In this document: in pieces, positions 18,301-26,722 of the stretch
Position numbering within the stretch: position 1 is the stretch's first letter
Layout of the letters: each line of letters starts with the position of its first letter
Translations under genes and position numbers: made by a program
Notes under the pieces: generated by a model
Database searches by the model: none
The model's input: the letters and a program-made list of their open reading frames with translations, nothing else
Told to the model about the DNA's origin: nothing
Virus record (IMG/VR): IMGVR_UViG_2830161386_000001
Span: 96,001-160,000 of that record
From: a virus
Taxonomy: Duplodnaviria; Caudoviricetes
DNA length: 64,000 nucleotides
Reading direction: 5' to 3' (one strand)

Positions 18301-21300
18301 CCCTTCTCGTCGAGAACGGCCCGAAGCGGGTCAAGCCCGCTTTCCAAGAAGTTTGAGTAGACGACCTGCCGTTTCGAGGAGTCGTCTACCGCCTCCGCAA
18401 TCTCTTGAACCTTGGGGGAGTCCTGCCCGGCCTCAAGATCGGAGGCGTCCTCGTCAAACGCGTTGATTGAAGTTGCCACCTGGCGCGGCCCGTTCAGAAA
18501 CTTCATCATCTTGCCCCGCTCGTCCTTGTCCGGCGGCAGGTTGCTCTGCACCTTCCACCGGAGGTGCATCGGAAGGTCTTTAAACATGTACCGGTACGCG
18601 TCTTTCTGGCGCTTAGACATCGGCACGCTGACCTCCTCTTCCTCGACGTCCGGGTAGTTTTCGTTGTCGCGGTCCGGCTCGTAGTAGTCGACGTACTGGC
18701 GGAGCGGCTTTCGGAGGCTCTCCTTGCCGGTCTCTAGCTTTTTCTTGATGCCGGGCGTGCCGCCGGTTACCCGGTAGGCCAGTCCGCTTAGGCCGCCTGG
18801 ATACTCCTCCTCTTCGCGGACGTACTTCGTCTCGAATCGGGACTTGGTCTCCGGCAAAAGGTTTTCTCCTGCCGAGATGTTGACCAGAGGAGAAATCTCG
18901 TGCGGGTGGTTGTATACCGGAGTTCCGGTCATAAGCAGGTTCTTTTCCGCCGGGGTCTCCCGGAGGCGCTTCTTAAACTTGCTGCCCGTCGAGCGGGCGC
19001 GGTGGGCCTCGTCAACCACCCGCATGTCGGTTTTCTCGTCTCGGGGGCCCTCCATCGTGGCCTTCGTGTGGCTTTTTGGCTGGGGCGTGCCGCCGGTAAT
19101 GCCTTCATCGGTGTGCTTTTCAACCTCCTTGCGGAAGTTTTCCCGAAGGGAGGCCGGCGTTAGCACCCGCAGCATCGAGTCGGGGTCTTCTTGCCGAACG
19201 TCTTCCAGCGCGCTAATTGCGGATAGCGTTTTCCCAGACCCCATGTCATGAGCAGCTACAAGACCTTCTTGATTTTGCAAACGGTCCCGTACTCTCTTTT
19301 GGTGGGGCCGAAGCTCCGTGTTCAGATCTGAGTTTTTTTTAATTGAAGACTGTTTGTCTATGGCTGGCCTTCCATAACGCTCATTTGCTACGGCCATTTC
19401 TTTCGTCAATCCAGTTTTGGCCTCACGCTTTTCTGTAAGGCCGGAGTTAAAATCCATTGGCGCTGCCCTGGCGGTTTTTTCACCTTGTTGCATTGCTTCG
19501 TTAGCTGCATACCCACTAGCGGCAAGAAGGCCAAGCCCGGCGCCTCCTTTCCCAACCCCCTTTGCAAACCGACCCGAGTTCTTCCTTGCGTATTCCATCA
19601 CCTCATCGACGCTCAAGGGGTTGTAACCATCGCTTCCTTTGATATACTTGGGGTCGATGCCATGATCAAATACCCGAGATTTTTCTAATTCACGAAACTC
19701 CGCCCGGTGCTGCATCTGTCGCCCGGGAATATCAGCAAGAGGGTCCGTTTTTTTCTTCTCCACCAGAAATTCGTCAAGATTCCCGCCAGTTTCTGGGTTC
19801 GTTACTTCATTAATTTCCTCTTTCCACGTTGGAACTGATATATCAACTCGTTCCCCCAATCCCATTCCCGGAACCTTAACGCGAAGCAGCCCAAGCGGGT
19901 CTTGCATAAGCTTCTTCGGACCACCTGCAACAGCTTGCTCCCCGTACATTTTTGCTTGTGCCTTTTCCGGGGTTGTATACGTTTTACCCTTCGACTCTTC
20001 AAATACACTGGGCCGCTGGAATTCTAACCCCCCAAGATTTGGCCCAGACCCTTGCGAGGGCCTGAGGCCCTCTTGCCGAATTGACGCTGCTGCCTCTGGA
20101 GTAGTACCGTGATAAAGGGTTTCTCGGCCCGTGATGTCAGGCTTGGCAGACTCAAAAGTCTTTTTGCTTCCATAAAGCCCTGCGGCTGAGAGCCCAGCAA
20201 GCTGCTTATCTTTATCTAAGCCAGCTTTATCACTCACAAGAAGACGCTCCGAATCTGCTGTCTTTTCCGACCCTTCAACCACGTCTTCAAGATCGTACCG
20301 GGCCGACTCGTCTGCGTCTTGGTCCTCTGGCCAGAGGTCTTTTATCGACCAGTGATTGGCCGAGTGCGGGTCGTCTTTCGTGGGGTTTCCGTCCCCGTCG
20401 GTAATGCCCTTCGCTCGGGCAAGATAGTTTTGCTTCGCGTCTTCGCTGTAGTTGTGCTTGTGGTCGGAGGAGCCGTAGTGAATGAGCTTCACGCGCTTCT
20501 CCCCGTCTACATCTTTTGAGGCGAGCACCGCCCGCTTCTTCCCGTCTCGCCAGGACTCAACCGGCTGGTCAACCGGCATCCAGCGGCCCCGATATTTTGC
20601 CTTGGTCGTCCCGTTTTCCTCTTCAGTCTCTAGGTCTTTTAGTTGCCGCGCTCCCTCTTTCAGAAATGCCTTGTCGCTAGCGGTTTTCTCGCTTTGCAGT
20701 CCCAGCTGGGATCCTATGGCTTGACCTGTTTCGTTCTGGGCCGATTCCTTTTGCATTCCAGGCTGGACTTGAGGCGAGACGCGGGCCCGGTTTGGGCTCA
20801 GGCGCTGGGACTGCGGCGCGAGCGGACCGGCGGGGTGCCCTACGTTTTGCGCCGCCCGCTCTACGCGGCGCTGCTCCCGGCGCTCCTGCGGAGACAGTTT
20901 GACGTTCGGCTGCGTAGCGCGGTAGCCGTAGTTTCCCGCCAGCCCGGCGCCGGCGGCAAGCCCCGCTCCTGCGAGCGTTTTCCCGTCTCGCTTTAGCGCC
21001 TCCCCCGCGTCGCTGATGCCACTAGAAATCGAGTCTCCCGCCTCCCGCATCGACTGGCGGAACTGAAAGCCCAGGTCGTTGTCGACCATTTTCTGCCCCG
21101 CCTCCATGCGCATGTCTCCAAAGAGGTCCTCCACGCGGCCAGTCGCCTCCTCTGCCGACATCGACTCGGTCGGCGGCGCGTCTCCCATCTCTTGTCGTTT
21201 TTTGAACTCGCTCAAGGCGTCTTCGAAGCTGGGCATGCTCACGTCATCGCCCATGCCAAAGAGCTTTTTGCCCTTATTTAGCGCCGCTCCAAATACACTC

Positions 21301-21911
21301 CCTTTCGCTTCTTTCAAGGCAGACGCCTCTTTACGGCCAAACTCCGACTCTTGGCCGGCGGCCATTTGCCGGCCGGAATCCGCCTCTTGTCGAGGCGTCA
21401 CCTGCGGGGCGGGTGAGCTGCTCTGCGAACGCTGCATTTGATAGGCACTCTGCCCGCCGCTCAATTGGCCGGGCGCAGCTCTTGGAGCCGTCCCCGTGTA
21501 CATGTCCTCGTCCTCATCGAGAAAGTTGCTAATTGCGCGCTGCCCGGCGTAGGTCGCCGCACCTGCGCCAAGGCCCATCCGGGCTGCCCGCCGGCCCACG
21601 CCGCCTTCGACAAAGGGACGTCCTATTGACTTTAGAAAATTAGGCACATCGGCGTTCTTAAGACGGTCTAGCGATTCGGTCTCAGGCGAGGGCTTGGCCG
21701 CCTCGATCCCGCCGAAAATAATGGCCGACCCGGTTGCCTCACCGATGTCCTTTTCCTGCCCCTTCGAGAGGCCCCCGGCAAAGTCCTTCCGCTCCTCGTC
21801 GGCAAACTCAAGAAGGGCATTCCCGCCTTGGCGTGGCGGCGCCTGCCCCATCGTAGGGCCTGGGTCGGCAGCGGGACGGCCAGAAGAAATGTCGTTTTGA
21901 TCAGTAGGCAC
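15393..21911 (-). CDS. 2172-aa multidomain protein: SNF2 helicase, ART-like (YHGT), zincin (HELGH), Pol-beta nucleotidyltransferase
   Basis: HDMGSGKT, VVDEAH, MTGTP, GGEGLDL, QVVARADR helicase motifs; TLYHGTT..IRQEGLRP; FLHELGH; LHGS..DSDIDV..DMDV; modules bounded by EKTA/EKEA. Confidence 0.85.
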   Translation of the reverse strand: MPTDQNDISSGRPAADPGPTMGQAPPRQGGNALLEFADEERKDFAGGLSKGQEKDIGEATGSAIIFGGIEAAKPSPETESLDRLKNADVPNFLKSIGRPFVEGGVGRRAARMGLGAGAATYAGQRAISNFLDEDEDMYTGTAPRAAPGQLSGGQSAYQMQRSQSSSPAPQVTPRQEADSGRQMAAGQESEFGRKEASALKEAKGSVFGAALNKGKKLFGMGDDVSMPSFEDALSEFKKRQEMGDAPPTESMSAEEATGRVEDLFGDMRMEAGQKMVDNDLGFQFRQSMREAGDSISSGISDAGEALKRDGKTLAGAGLAAGAGLAGNYGYRATQPNVKLSPQERREQRRVERAAQNVGHPAGPLAPQSQRLSPNRARVSPQVQPGMQKESAQNETGQAIGSQLGLQSEKTASDKAFLKEGARQLKDLETEEENGTTKAKYRGRWMPVDQPVESWRDGKKRAVLASKDVDGEKRVKLIHYGSSDHKHNYSEDAKQNYLARAKGITDGDGNPTKDDPHSANHWSIKDLWPEDQDADESARYDLEDVVEGSEKTADSERLLVSDKAGLDKDKQLAGLSAAGLYGSKKTFESAKPDITGRETLYHGTTPEAAASIRQEGLRPSQGSGPNLGGLEFQRPSVFEESKGKTYTTPEKAQAKMYGEQAVAGGPKKLMQDPLGLLRVKVPGMGLGERVDISVPTWKEEINEVTNPETGGNLDEFLVEKKKTDPLADIPGRQMQHRAEFRELEKSRVFDHGIDPKYIKGSDGYNPLSVDEVMEYARKNSGRFAKGVGKGGAGLGLLAASGYAANEAMQQGEKTARAAPMDFNSGLTEKREAKTGLTKEMAVANERYGRPAIDKQSSIKKNSDLNTELRPHQKRVRDRLQNQEGLVAAHDMGSGKTLSAISALEDVRQEDPDSMLRVLTPASLRENFRKEVEKHTDEGITGGTPQPKSHTKATMEGPRDEKTDMRVVDEAHRARSTGSKFKKRLRETPAEKNLLMTGTPVYNHPHEISPLVNISAGENLLPETKSRFETKYVREEEEYPGGLSGLAYRVTGGTPGIKKKLETGKESLRKPLRQYVDYYEPDRDNENYPDVEEEEVSVPMSKRQKDAYRYMFKDLPMHLRWKVQSNLPPDKDERGKMMKFLNGPRQVATSINAFDEDASDLEAGQDSPKVQEIAEAVDDSSKRQVVYSNFLESGLDPLRAVLDEKGVDYGEYTGSTSQSKREEDVRRFNEGELSTLVMSSAGGEGLDLDAVNEIHVMEPHWNEQKINQVVARADRYKSHEGLPEEERQVDVKRYVSELPEKSVSNAVRSVFGGDKTMTGSVEEYIQGLAKEKQELSDQLIKLLEEEAEKRKEEAEKEAAPQSQLGLNDLSLSGIDLGDDQLSEEETGLASGVGMAGGKATDAAGKRLPESDRAKLVTEKGLNSFEEVGGMRNIDDPTRAMNQYFESGSRTLREKEFRVPISGREVSGADMMSAINNPAMRNFSDQTGLPQTAERAHYDAFEKGPIFGHAQFYGESFDDPVEDTGKRLIGARMAAQNRAASGEDYMSALDEELKKGFKYNDVPDESIRSLSEKVEKAIQESGSSGGNVAEDAQHVVQEALGVSSDTDPSDLNGREAHLQNYLGKAQKMGYDVSSVEDLKSLAPEEQSKIMKGSGGAAHDVFQELSYHRMVEGTKGSAQSYDSVLRQPLKQVQSGLESVGRGLSRSGRAGMVGAPALAGGAYLAEKEGAVDDKNEGFSGSDSIEVDEAAGAAAGALGAGSLAMRGGHIYYDEAQKNLKNDLKREVRSRARHLERSAPDAPNIEAATDLARQEGFAGEVVKGKQDAFGISDSATGSITPDSESLRIMVSEPSNRAGFLHELGHFKNFKDFDGELEGFKETKKLKSDQAGVLQDLMGKNPDSSLVREERRAWDRAQNLANSRFGNGFTPEERELRKMYLQTYEVGQEAGRLGRNAQRMNKGSIRAALGAGGVALAGGAYQHLNESAKEKTAAPDTVMSAVSKLRDQVYGNLDLDKEELRDLARRAEEEAPDQDRLKDLFGEKVRLHGSMGLGINVPDDDSDIDVTIPTGSDEEYRSKIEEVREKFTDLESSPYNRFRDGVYVMSGTVDGDDMDVVVGHGPHVDERVESFDRANEELTPEDRGRIIGEKKRLKDAYVLAKPRYKQYKREVDNELDIPRL
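17821..17836. repeat. 16-bp palindrome, in frame (SQLG) just after EKEAA
   Basis: aatcccagctgggact. Confidence 0.95.
20698..20713. repeat. 16-bp palindrome, in frame (SQLG) between KESA and EKTA
   Basis: agtcccagctgggatc. Confidence 0.93.
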
Positions 21912-22860
21912 GGCTGTCGGTGTCGTTTTCGGTACCTTCCTCGGGAAGAGAGTCCGGGGCGCTTGCCTCGGGCAGCTCCTCGGAAGGGGTGTCGTCAGCG
22001 TCTAGGACCTCGTCGTTTTCTGCTTGCAGGTCTTCGGGGGACACCTCCGTCGACTCCAAAGCGCGGTAGTCGTCAATGTCCTGGTCGATCTCGTCCCACA
22101 TATCCTCGAAAAACTCCCCCAGCTCAATTGCTTCCTCTTCGTTGGTGCCGATCTCTTGGGCCGCCTGCGTCACGATCATCGTCGTCCGCTGAAACGAAGC
22201 GATGTTCTTGTACCGCCGGGTATCTCCGATGCCGTCCTCCTGCATCAGCTCCCGGCTTAGCTGCTGAGAGAGCCGGGTGTTGATCATCGCCATGCGTTTC
22301 AGCTCCTTTCCGGCCTGAAAGCCCCGCACCGCCCCCCAGTCGACGCGGGCATCGGTCAAGCTGCGGCTTCCGGCAAGCACCGACCGAAGCGGGCCGCCGT
22401 CCCGAAAACAGGCACTCGCGTAGGTCTGCACTGCCTCCGGGTCCGCCCCCGAGAAGTTCCAGAAGAACGACGCGTAGTCCAGAACGTCCAGAAGCCCGAG
22501 CTGAATAACCTCGTCTCCAATCGACTGGTAGTCCCGCCACGCCCGCTCGACGGCGCCTTTCAGCCCGAAGCCCCGCTGGAAATAGAGAAGCAAAAACTCG
22601 TCGAGGGCCTCCCGAGAGCGGCTCCGCGGCAGCTCGACAAACGACTCGACCTGGCGGGAGAAGCTCCCGATGCCGATGGGCGTCTCAAGCTCCCCAGCTG
22701 AAAACTCCTCCCCGTCGGGCCGAAACCGGCTGGGCACCGAGCGGTCGCAGATCGCCCGGGCGTGACGAAGCGCCTCCTGGCGAAGTCGCTGACGGGTATT
22801 GGCCCGCCCCCGGCTCTGCTCGGCGGCATAGTATGGAAGGTGCCGGTAGGGCGTCCACAT
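21901..22860 (-). CDS. Hypothetical protein, acidic C-terminus
   Basis: 319 aa, overlaps the next start by 11 nt. Confidence 0.7.
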   Translation of the reverse strand: MWTPYRHLPYYAAEQSRGRANTRQRLRQEALRHARAICDRSVPSRFRPDGEEFSAGELETPIGIGSFSRQVESFVELPRSRSREALDEFLLLYFQRGFGLKGAVERAWRDYQSIGDEVIQLGLLDVLDYASFFWNFSGADPEAVQTYASACFRDGGPLRSVLAGSRSLTDARVDWGAVRGFQAGKELKRMAMINTRLSQQLSRELMQEDGIGDTRRYKNIASFQRTTMIVTQAAQEIGTNEEEAIELGEFFEDMWDEIDQDIDDYRALESTEVSPEDLQAENDEVLDADDTPSEELPEASAPDSLPEEGTENDTDSRAY

Positions 22861-22906
22861 CAGCGGTGCGGCAGGTTGTTAAAGGGGCTTTTTACTGAAT
22901 GGGCTT

Positions 22907-24976
22907 TTACTGAACAGACTTCAGCTCCTTGAGGCCGTCGATCACGGAATCGAGCGCGGAGAGCGCCTCCTTGGCTACGTCTTCCTCGATGATGTCAACC
23001 GCCCCGGTCCGGATCCGGTAGAGAAGCTCCGCCACTGCTCGTTTCGAGGACTGAAGTTCGTCGGTCGCGTCGGTAAATTTGTCCGCGTTGTACTGGTTGA
23101 GCATGTTGACCGCGTTGAGCGAGTCTTGAAGCTCCTCGCCCCGCTCTTGCCCAGGGGCCTGAAGCTGCTGGCGGTCCTGCCGGCGCTTTTCTTGAGGAGA
23201 CTCCCGCGCCTGCTCCTGCTTGCGCCTTCGCTGGGCGGCCTCCTGCCGGGACCGCTGCGGGCGCCTCGGCATCATCGGGTGCTGGGGCGCGGGGCCGGCC
23301 TGGCGCATTGCCTGCGGAGCGCGGGCGGCAAGCCGGTTGATCGCCTGCCGGCCACGGGCCCACTTCTCGATCACGGAGGCAACCTTCTCCTGCGCCGCCG
23401 ACCCGTCCGGCTCGCTGCGCCGCCCGTCTTGGGCGTGGGGCTCCAGGCCCTCGACGCGCACGGAGCGCTGGCTGTCGGCGCTTGTGGCCTGCTTGACGGC
23501 CGTCTGGGCGGACTCCGGCGTGGCGCCGAGGCTCTCTAGCAAGCCGACCATGCGGGTCGGGCTCTCGGTCTGAGAGTAGTTTCCGTTCCGAATCTCCACC
23601 GCCCGGCCGGTCTTGGACAAAAAGTACTCTGGCCCCTCTCGGCTGGCCTCCTTCTCTTCGGTATCCGGCATCAGCTCCTCCGCCTCTACAAACTGAATCT
23701 CCTCCGGCACGATGTACCGGGAATTCCCCCGCGGGCTGTCGTCCTTCCCAAGCTGGCGGACCTTCGGCATTACCTCCGAAACCTGGAGGTACGTCCGGCC
23801 TTCCAGCCGCGACCGGAGCGCGAGAAGAAAGTCGTTGGACTCGTCTTGAATCCACTCCTCCGTATACACCGGGCCGCTAAGAGCGGGCGGCCCCTCCTCC
23901 TGCGGAATCACCAAAAAGCCCCGCGCCCCGACCGGGGCGTCCCGGACCGGAACCGACCCGGAGAGCGGGTCCCCGCTTGAGCTGGCAGTATCGGCCGGCG
24001 CGGTAATCGGCTGCATGTACCCGCCCTCGTCGCCGAGGAAGACGTGACCGGCCGCCATGCCGTCTGGATACGGCGACCGGAGGCGAACAAGGCGGTAGGC
24101 GGTTCCGACCGGCCCGCCGTCCCCAAGCCGGACCCGGTCCCCCGGCTCGAAGCGGTTGATCTCCCCGCCGTCCGAGCGGTCGATCACCATCGCCTTTTTG
24201 TCCAAGTCGCGCTTGCTTCGAATTGTCGTCCCGCTTTCCATCGCCTCCCGGGCCCATTTCGCGAGGCTCGACTCCGGGTCTTCGAACATCTCGTGGCGAC
24301 TTGCGGTGACGTCGACGGTCCGCTCCCCCTGCGAGAAGCCCGCCAGCTTAAAGCGATCCCCGTGAAGCGGAGACTCTTCGTGCTCGACGACCATCGTGTC
24401 CCACGTCCGGCCCGGCTGCCCGCTTGCCCGCTTTTGAATCCGGTCGAAGCTCTCGGCAAGAGCGGGAAAGTCCTCAGTCACGTGGGCCTTCATCCGCTCG
24501 CAGTCCTCCGAAAACGAGGAGGTGGAGGACACCTTCTGGATCATCCCGTCGCTTTTGATGGCCGTCCCGCCCCCGTACATCGGCTGCCCCGCATGCGGGC
24601 GGACGTCGCGCCCGACCTGAACCTCGCCCCGCTCGGGGTGCTGCATGCCAACCGACTCGTCGAGAAGGTCCATCTTCCCGTCGGGCCGGAGGTAAAGGTC
24701 GACCGGCTTGAGCTCAAAGTCGCGGACGACAATTGGGATCCGGATCGGCTGGTCCCCGACGCGGGCGGTCATAATGCCGACCGCATCGCCGGAGGTGTCG
24801 TCCACCGGCTCGACCGACCAGTCAATGTCGCCCTGAAGCCGGTCGGCTAGATACGGGTGCATGCGGAGCACCCGCTTCATGATTTCATCCGTCCATTTCG
24901 ACGGGTCGTTCGACAGGCGCATGCCCGCCTGCTTTTGGAAGATGTCGGAGGAGAGGCCTTCGATATTGCGGGGCAT
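22907..24976 (-). CDS. Putative head-associated protein with K-x-A motifs
   Basis: Start re-called to MPRNIE; QKQAG, EKEAS, EKVAS; helical C-terminus. Confidence 0.55.
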   Translation of the reverse strand: MPRNIEGLSSDIFQKQAGMRLSNDPSKWTDEIMKRVLRMHPYLADRLQGDIDWSVEPVDDTSGDAVGIMTARVGDQPIRIPIVVRDFELKPVDLYLRPDGKMDLLDESVGMQHPERGEVQVGRDVRPHAGQPMYGGGTAIKSDGMIQKVSSTSSFSEDCERMKAHVTEDFPALAESFDRIQKRASGQPGRTWDTMVVEHEESPLHGDRFKLAGFSQGERTVDVTASRHEMFEDPESSLAKWAREAMESGTTIRSKRDLDKKAMVIDRSDGGEINRFEPGDRVRLGDGGPVGTAYRLVRLRSPYPDGMAAGHVFLGDEGGYMQPITAPADTASSSGDPLSGSVPVRDAPVGARGFLVIPQEEGPPALSGPVYTEEWIQDESNDFLLALRSRLEGRTYLQVSEVMPKVRQLGKDDSPRGNSRYIVPEEIQFVEAEELMPDTEEKEASREGPEYFLSKTGRAVEIRNGNYSQTESPTRMVGLLESLGATPESAQTAVKQATSADSQRSVRVEGLEPHAQDGRRSEPDGSAAQEKVASVIEKWARGRQAINRLAARAPQAMRQAGPAPQHPMMPRRPQRSRQEAAQRRRKQEQARESPQEKRRQDRQQLQAPGQERGEELQDSLNAVNMLNQYNADKFTDATDELQSSKRAVAELLYRIRTGAVDIIEEDVAKEALSALDSVIDGLKELKSVQ

Positions 24977-25114
24977 AACACAAAACGCGCAGATTTGCCG
25001 CAGACGTGCGGCTGGGGTGGACCATGCGTTTTGCAATATAGCCCCCGAAAAGCAGAGAGATGAAAAGCCCGGGACCCCGCTTGGAAACCTGTTCCATCCA
25101 GAGCCCCTCGGGCC

Positions 25115-25378
25115 TTACCCGTTCTCAATTTGACTTTCAAGCTCGTTGATGCGCCGCTCTTGCTCTTTGATTTTCTCCTGCCAGCTCTTTACGCCGTCAA
25201 ACGTCATGAGCACCGCGTAGGGCTCGTTGTTGCGCTGGACGATCACCCCGTCTCCTTCCTGGGCTGCATCGACCACGTCTTGAAAGCTGGTCCGGAGCTC
25301 GGTTACGCTTGCAACATCGGTAATGCCTTGGGTGCTATACATGGCAGTGAGGTGTTTTTCATAGCCGATTGGGCTCAT
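25115..25378 (-). CDS. Phd/YefM-family antitoxin-like protein (orphan)
   Basis: SVTELRTSFQDVVDAA..G..VIVQRNNEPYAVLM is the typical Phd fold pattern. Confidence 0.8.
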   Translation of the reverse strand: MSPIGYEKHLTAMYSTQGITDVASVTELRTSFQDVVDAAQEGDGVIVQRNNEPYAVLMTFDGVKSWQEKIKEQERRINELESQIENG

Positions 25379-25450
25379 TACATAAGATATTTTGCCGTAG
25401 AAACGCCAGATACATCTGCCCTATTTGGCCGGATTAACTGCATTTTTACG

Positions 25451-26530
25451 CTACCGGCAGTGCTCCCCGATCAGCTCCGGAAGGTTTAGAACCCACTCCT
25501 TGGCCGTCTGCGGGCAATCGTCCCCGAGCTGGTCCTCGAAAAACGCCTGGTACGGGCCCTCCGGCACGTTTTCCCGCCCGTATTCCCGGATCTCCTCGCG
25601 CTTGACAAGCTCCATGAGCGGCCCGGTTTTCATCGTGCGGGCCGTTTTCGGCCAGTCAAGCTGGCGGCGAATCACCGTTTGAAGCAGCTTCAAGCGCCTG
25701 CGGAGAAGGAAGTTTTGCTGCCGCCCTGGGGACCACTTTTCCAGCTCAGGCCCGGCCTTGATAAAGCGCTTGCGGGGGGACTCCTGCATGACCACGTCCA
25801 GGTCCCCGCGGGCAATCCCTCGGGTAATTGAAGACTGGTTTTGGTCTTTAAGGTCACTTACCTTCGCGATGCTAATCCACCCTTCCGGCGCCTCCTCGAC
25901 CGTCGGCCGGGACCGGGACGCGCCTTTCCCCCAACTCGGGTCCCCCTCCACGTCCAGGTGCGTCCAGTTGTAAAAGAGAAACTGAAAAATCGTTTTCCCC
26001 TTCCGGAGCAAGAGGCGGTAGTCTTTTAGGTTAATGTCGAAGGGGCTCCGGTCGTATCCGTGGCTGGACTCCTTCCGGCCGGAGGGCACGTCATTTCCGC
26101 CTTTGTGAAGCGCAAGGCGCCGCTCAAGGTTGCCCTGGTGGATGCGGACGTAATCTACGCGCTGCGCCTCAATCACGCCGGACTTCCAGGAGAGCCACTG
26201 CGACGGAGAGTCGATCACCTGAAGCACGCACTTTACGTCCCCCGGCTCCCGGCGCTCGAAGAGCTTCCGGGCCTCCTCGTCGCTTAGGTCCCCGCCTCGG
26301 GTCGCAACCTCTTCCTTCGGGAAGGTATCGGGGGCTTGCTTGGTGGCGGGGACGCCTCGGTCAAATACAGATTCATCGTCTTGAAACGGGGTCACGCGGC
26401 CGACGCGAGAGACCTGCTTCGGGCTAATCGCGCCGGAGTAGTCCATCGAGTGGTCCATGTCGGGGAGGGCTTGTTTGTGGGGCCCGTTGGCGGGCCGTTT
26501 GCTGAGAATGCATTTCAAATTTACGGGCAC
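25451..26530 (-). CDS. Hypothetical protein (start may be 26458)
   Basis: 359-aa ORF on the coding strand; no motif recognised. Confidence 0.65.
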   Translation of the reverse strand: MPVNLKCILSKRPANGPHKQALPDMDHSMDYSGAISPKQVSRVGRVTPFQDDESVFDRGVPATKQAPDTFPKEEVATRGGDLSDEEARKLFERREPGDVKCVLQVIDSPSQWLSWKSGVIEAQRVDYVRIHQGNLERRLALHKGGNDVPSGRKESSHGYDRSPFDINLKDYRLLLRKGKTIFQFLFYNWTHLDVEGDPSWGKGASRSRPTVEEAPEGWISIAKVSDLKDQNQSSITRGIARGDLDVVMQESPRKRFIKAGPELEKWSPGRQQNFLLRRRLKLLQTVIRRQLDWPKTARTMKTGPLMELVKREEIREYGRENVPEGPYQAFFEDQLGDDCPQTAKEWVLNLPELIGEHCR

Positions 26531-26625
26531 TCCCGTAGTAAATACAAGCCATTTTTGATAATTGATTTCTAAGACTCAAGGCAAAAAATAAAAGCAGAGT
26601 AAAGTTATATAAAGAGCGTTTTAAC

Positions 26626-26665
26626 AAAAAAAGACCCCACCCCGGCTCTCGCCTGGATGAGGCCT
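26626..26665 (-). terminator. Probable intrinsic terminator, related to the one at 10354
   Basis: aaaaaaagaccccacccggc...ctggatgaggcc. Confidence 0.5.
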
Positions 26666-26722
26666 TCTCTTCTTCCAGTCAGTAGCACTTTTCCTGCCAG
26701 TATCGCCTTGCCCGCCGGGCCT

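Noticed and set aside
22691-22702. tccccagctgaa as another palindrome copy
   Set aside because: Only half of the site matches, which is compatible with chance.
1-25036. Portal or major capsid protein call in the head module
   Set aside because: No ORF shows motifs I can recognise for either; they may lie outside the window or be too divergent.
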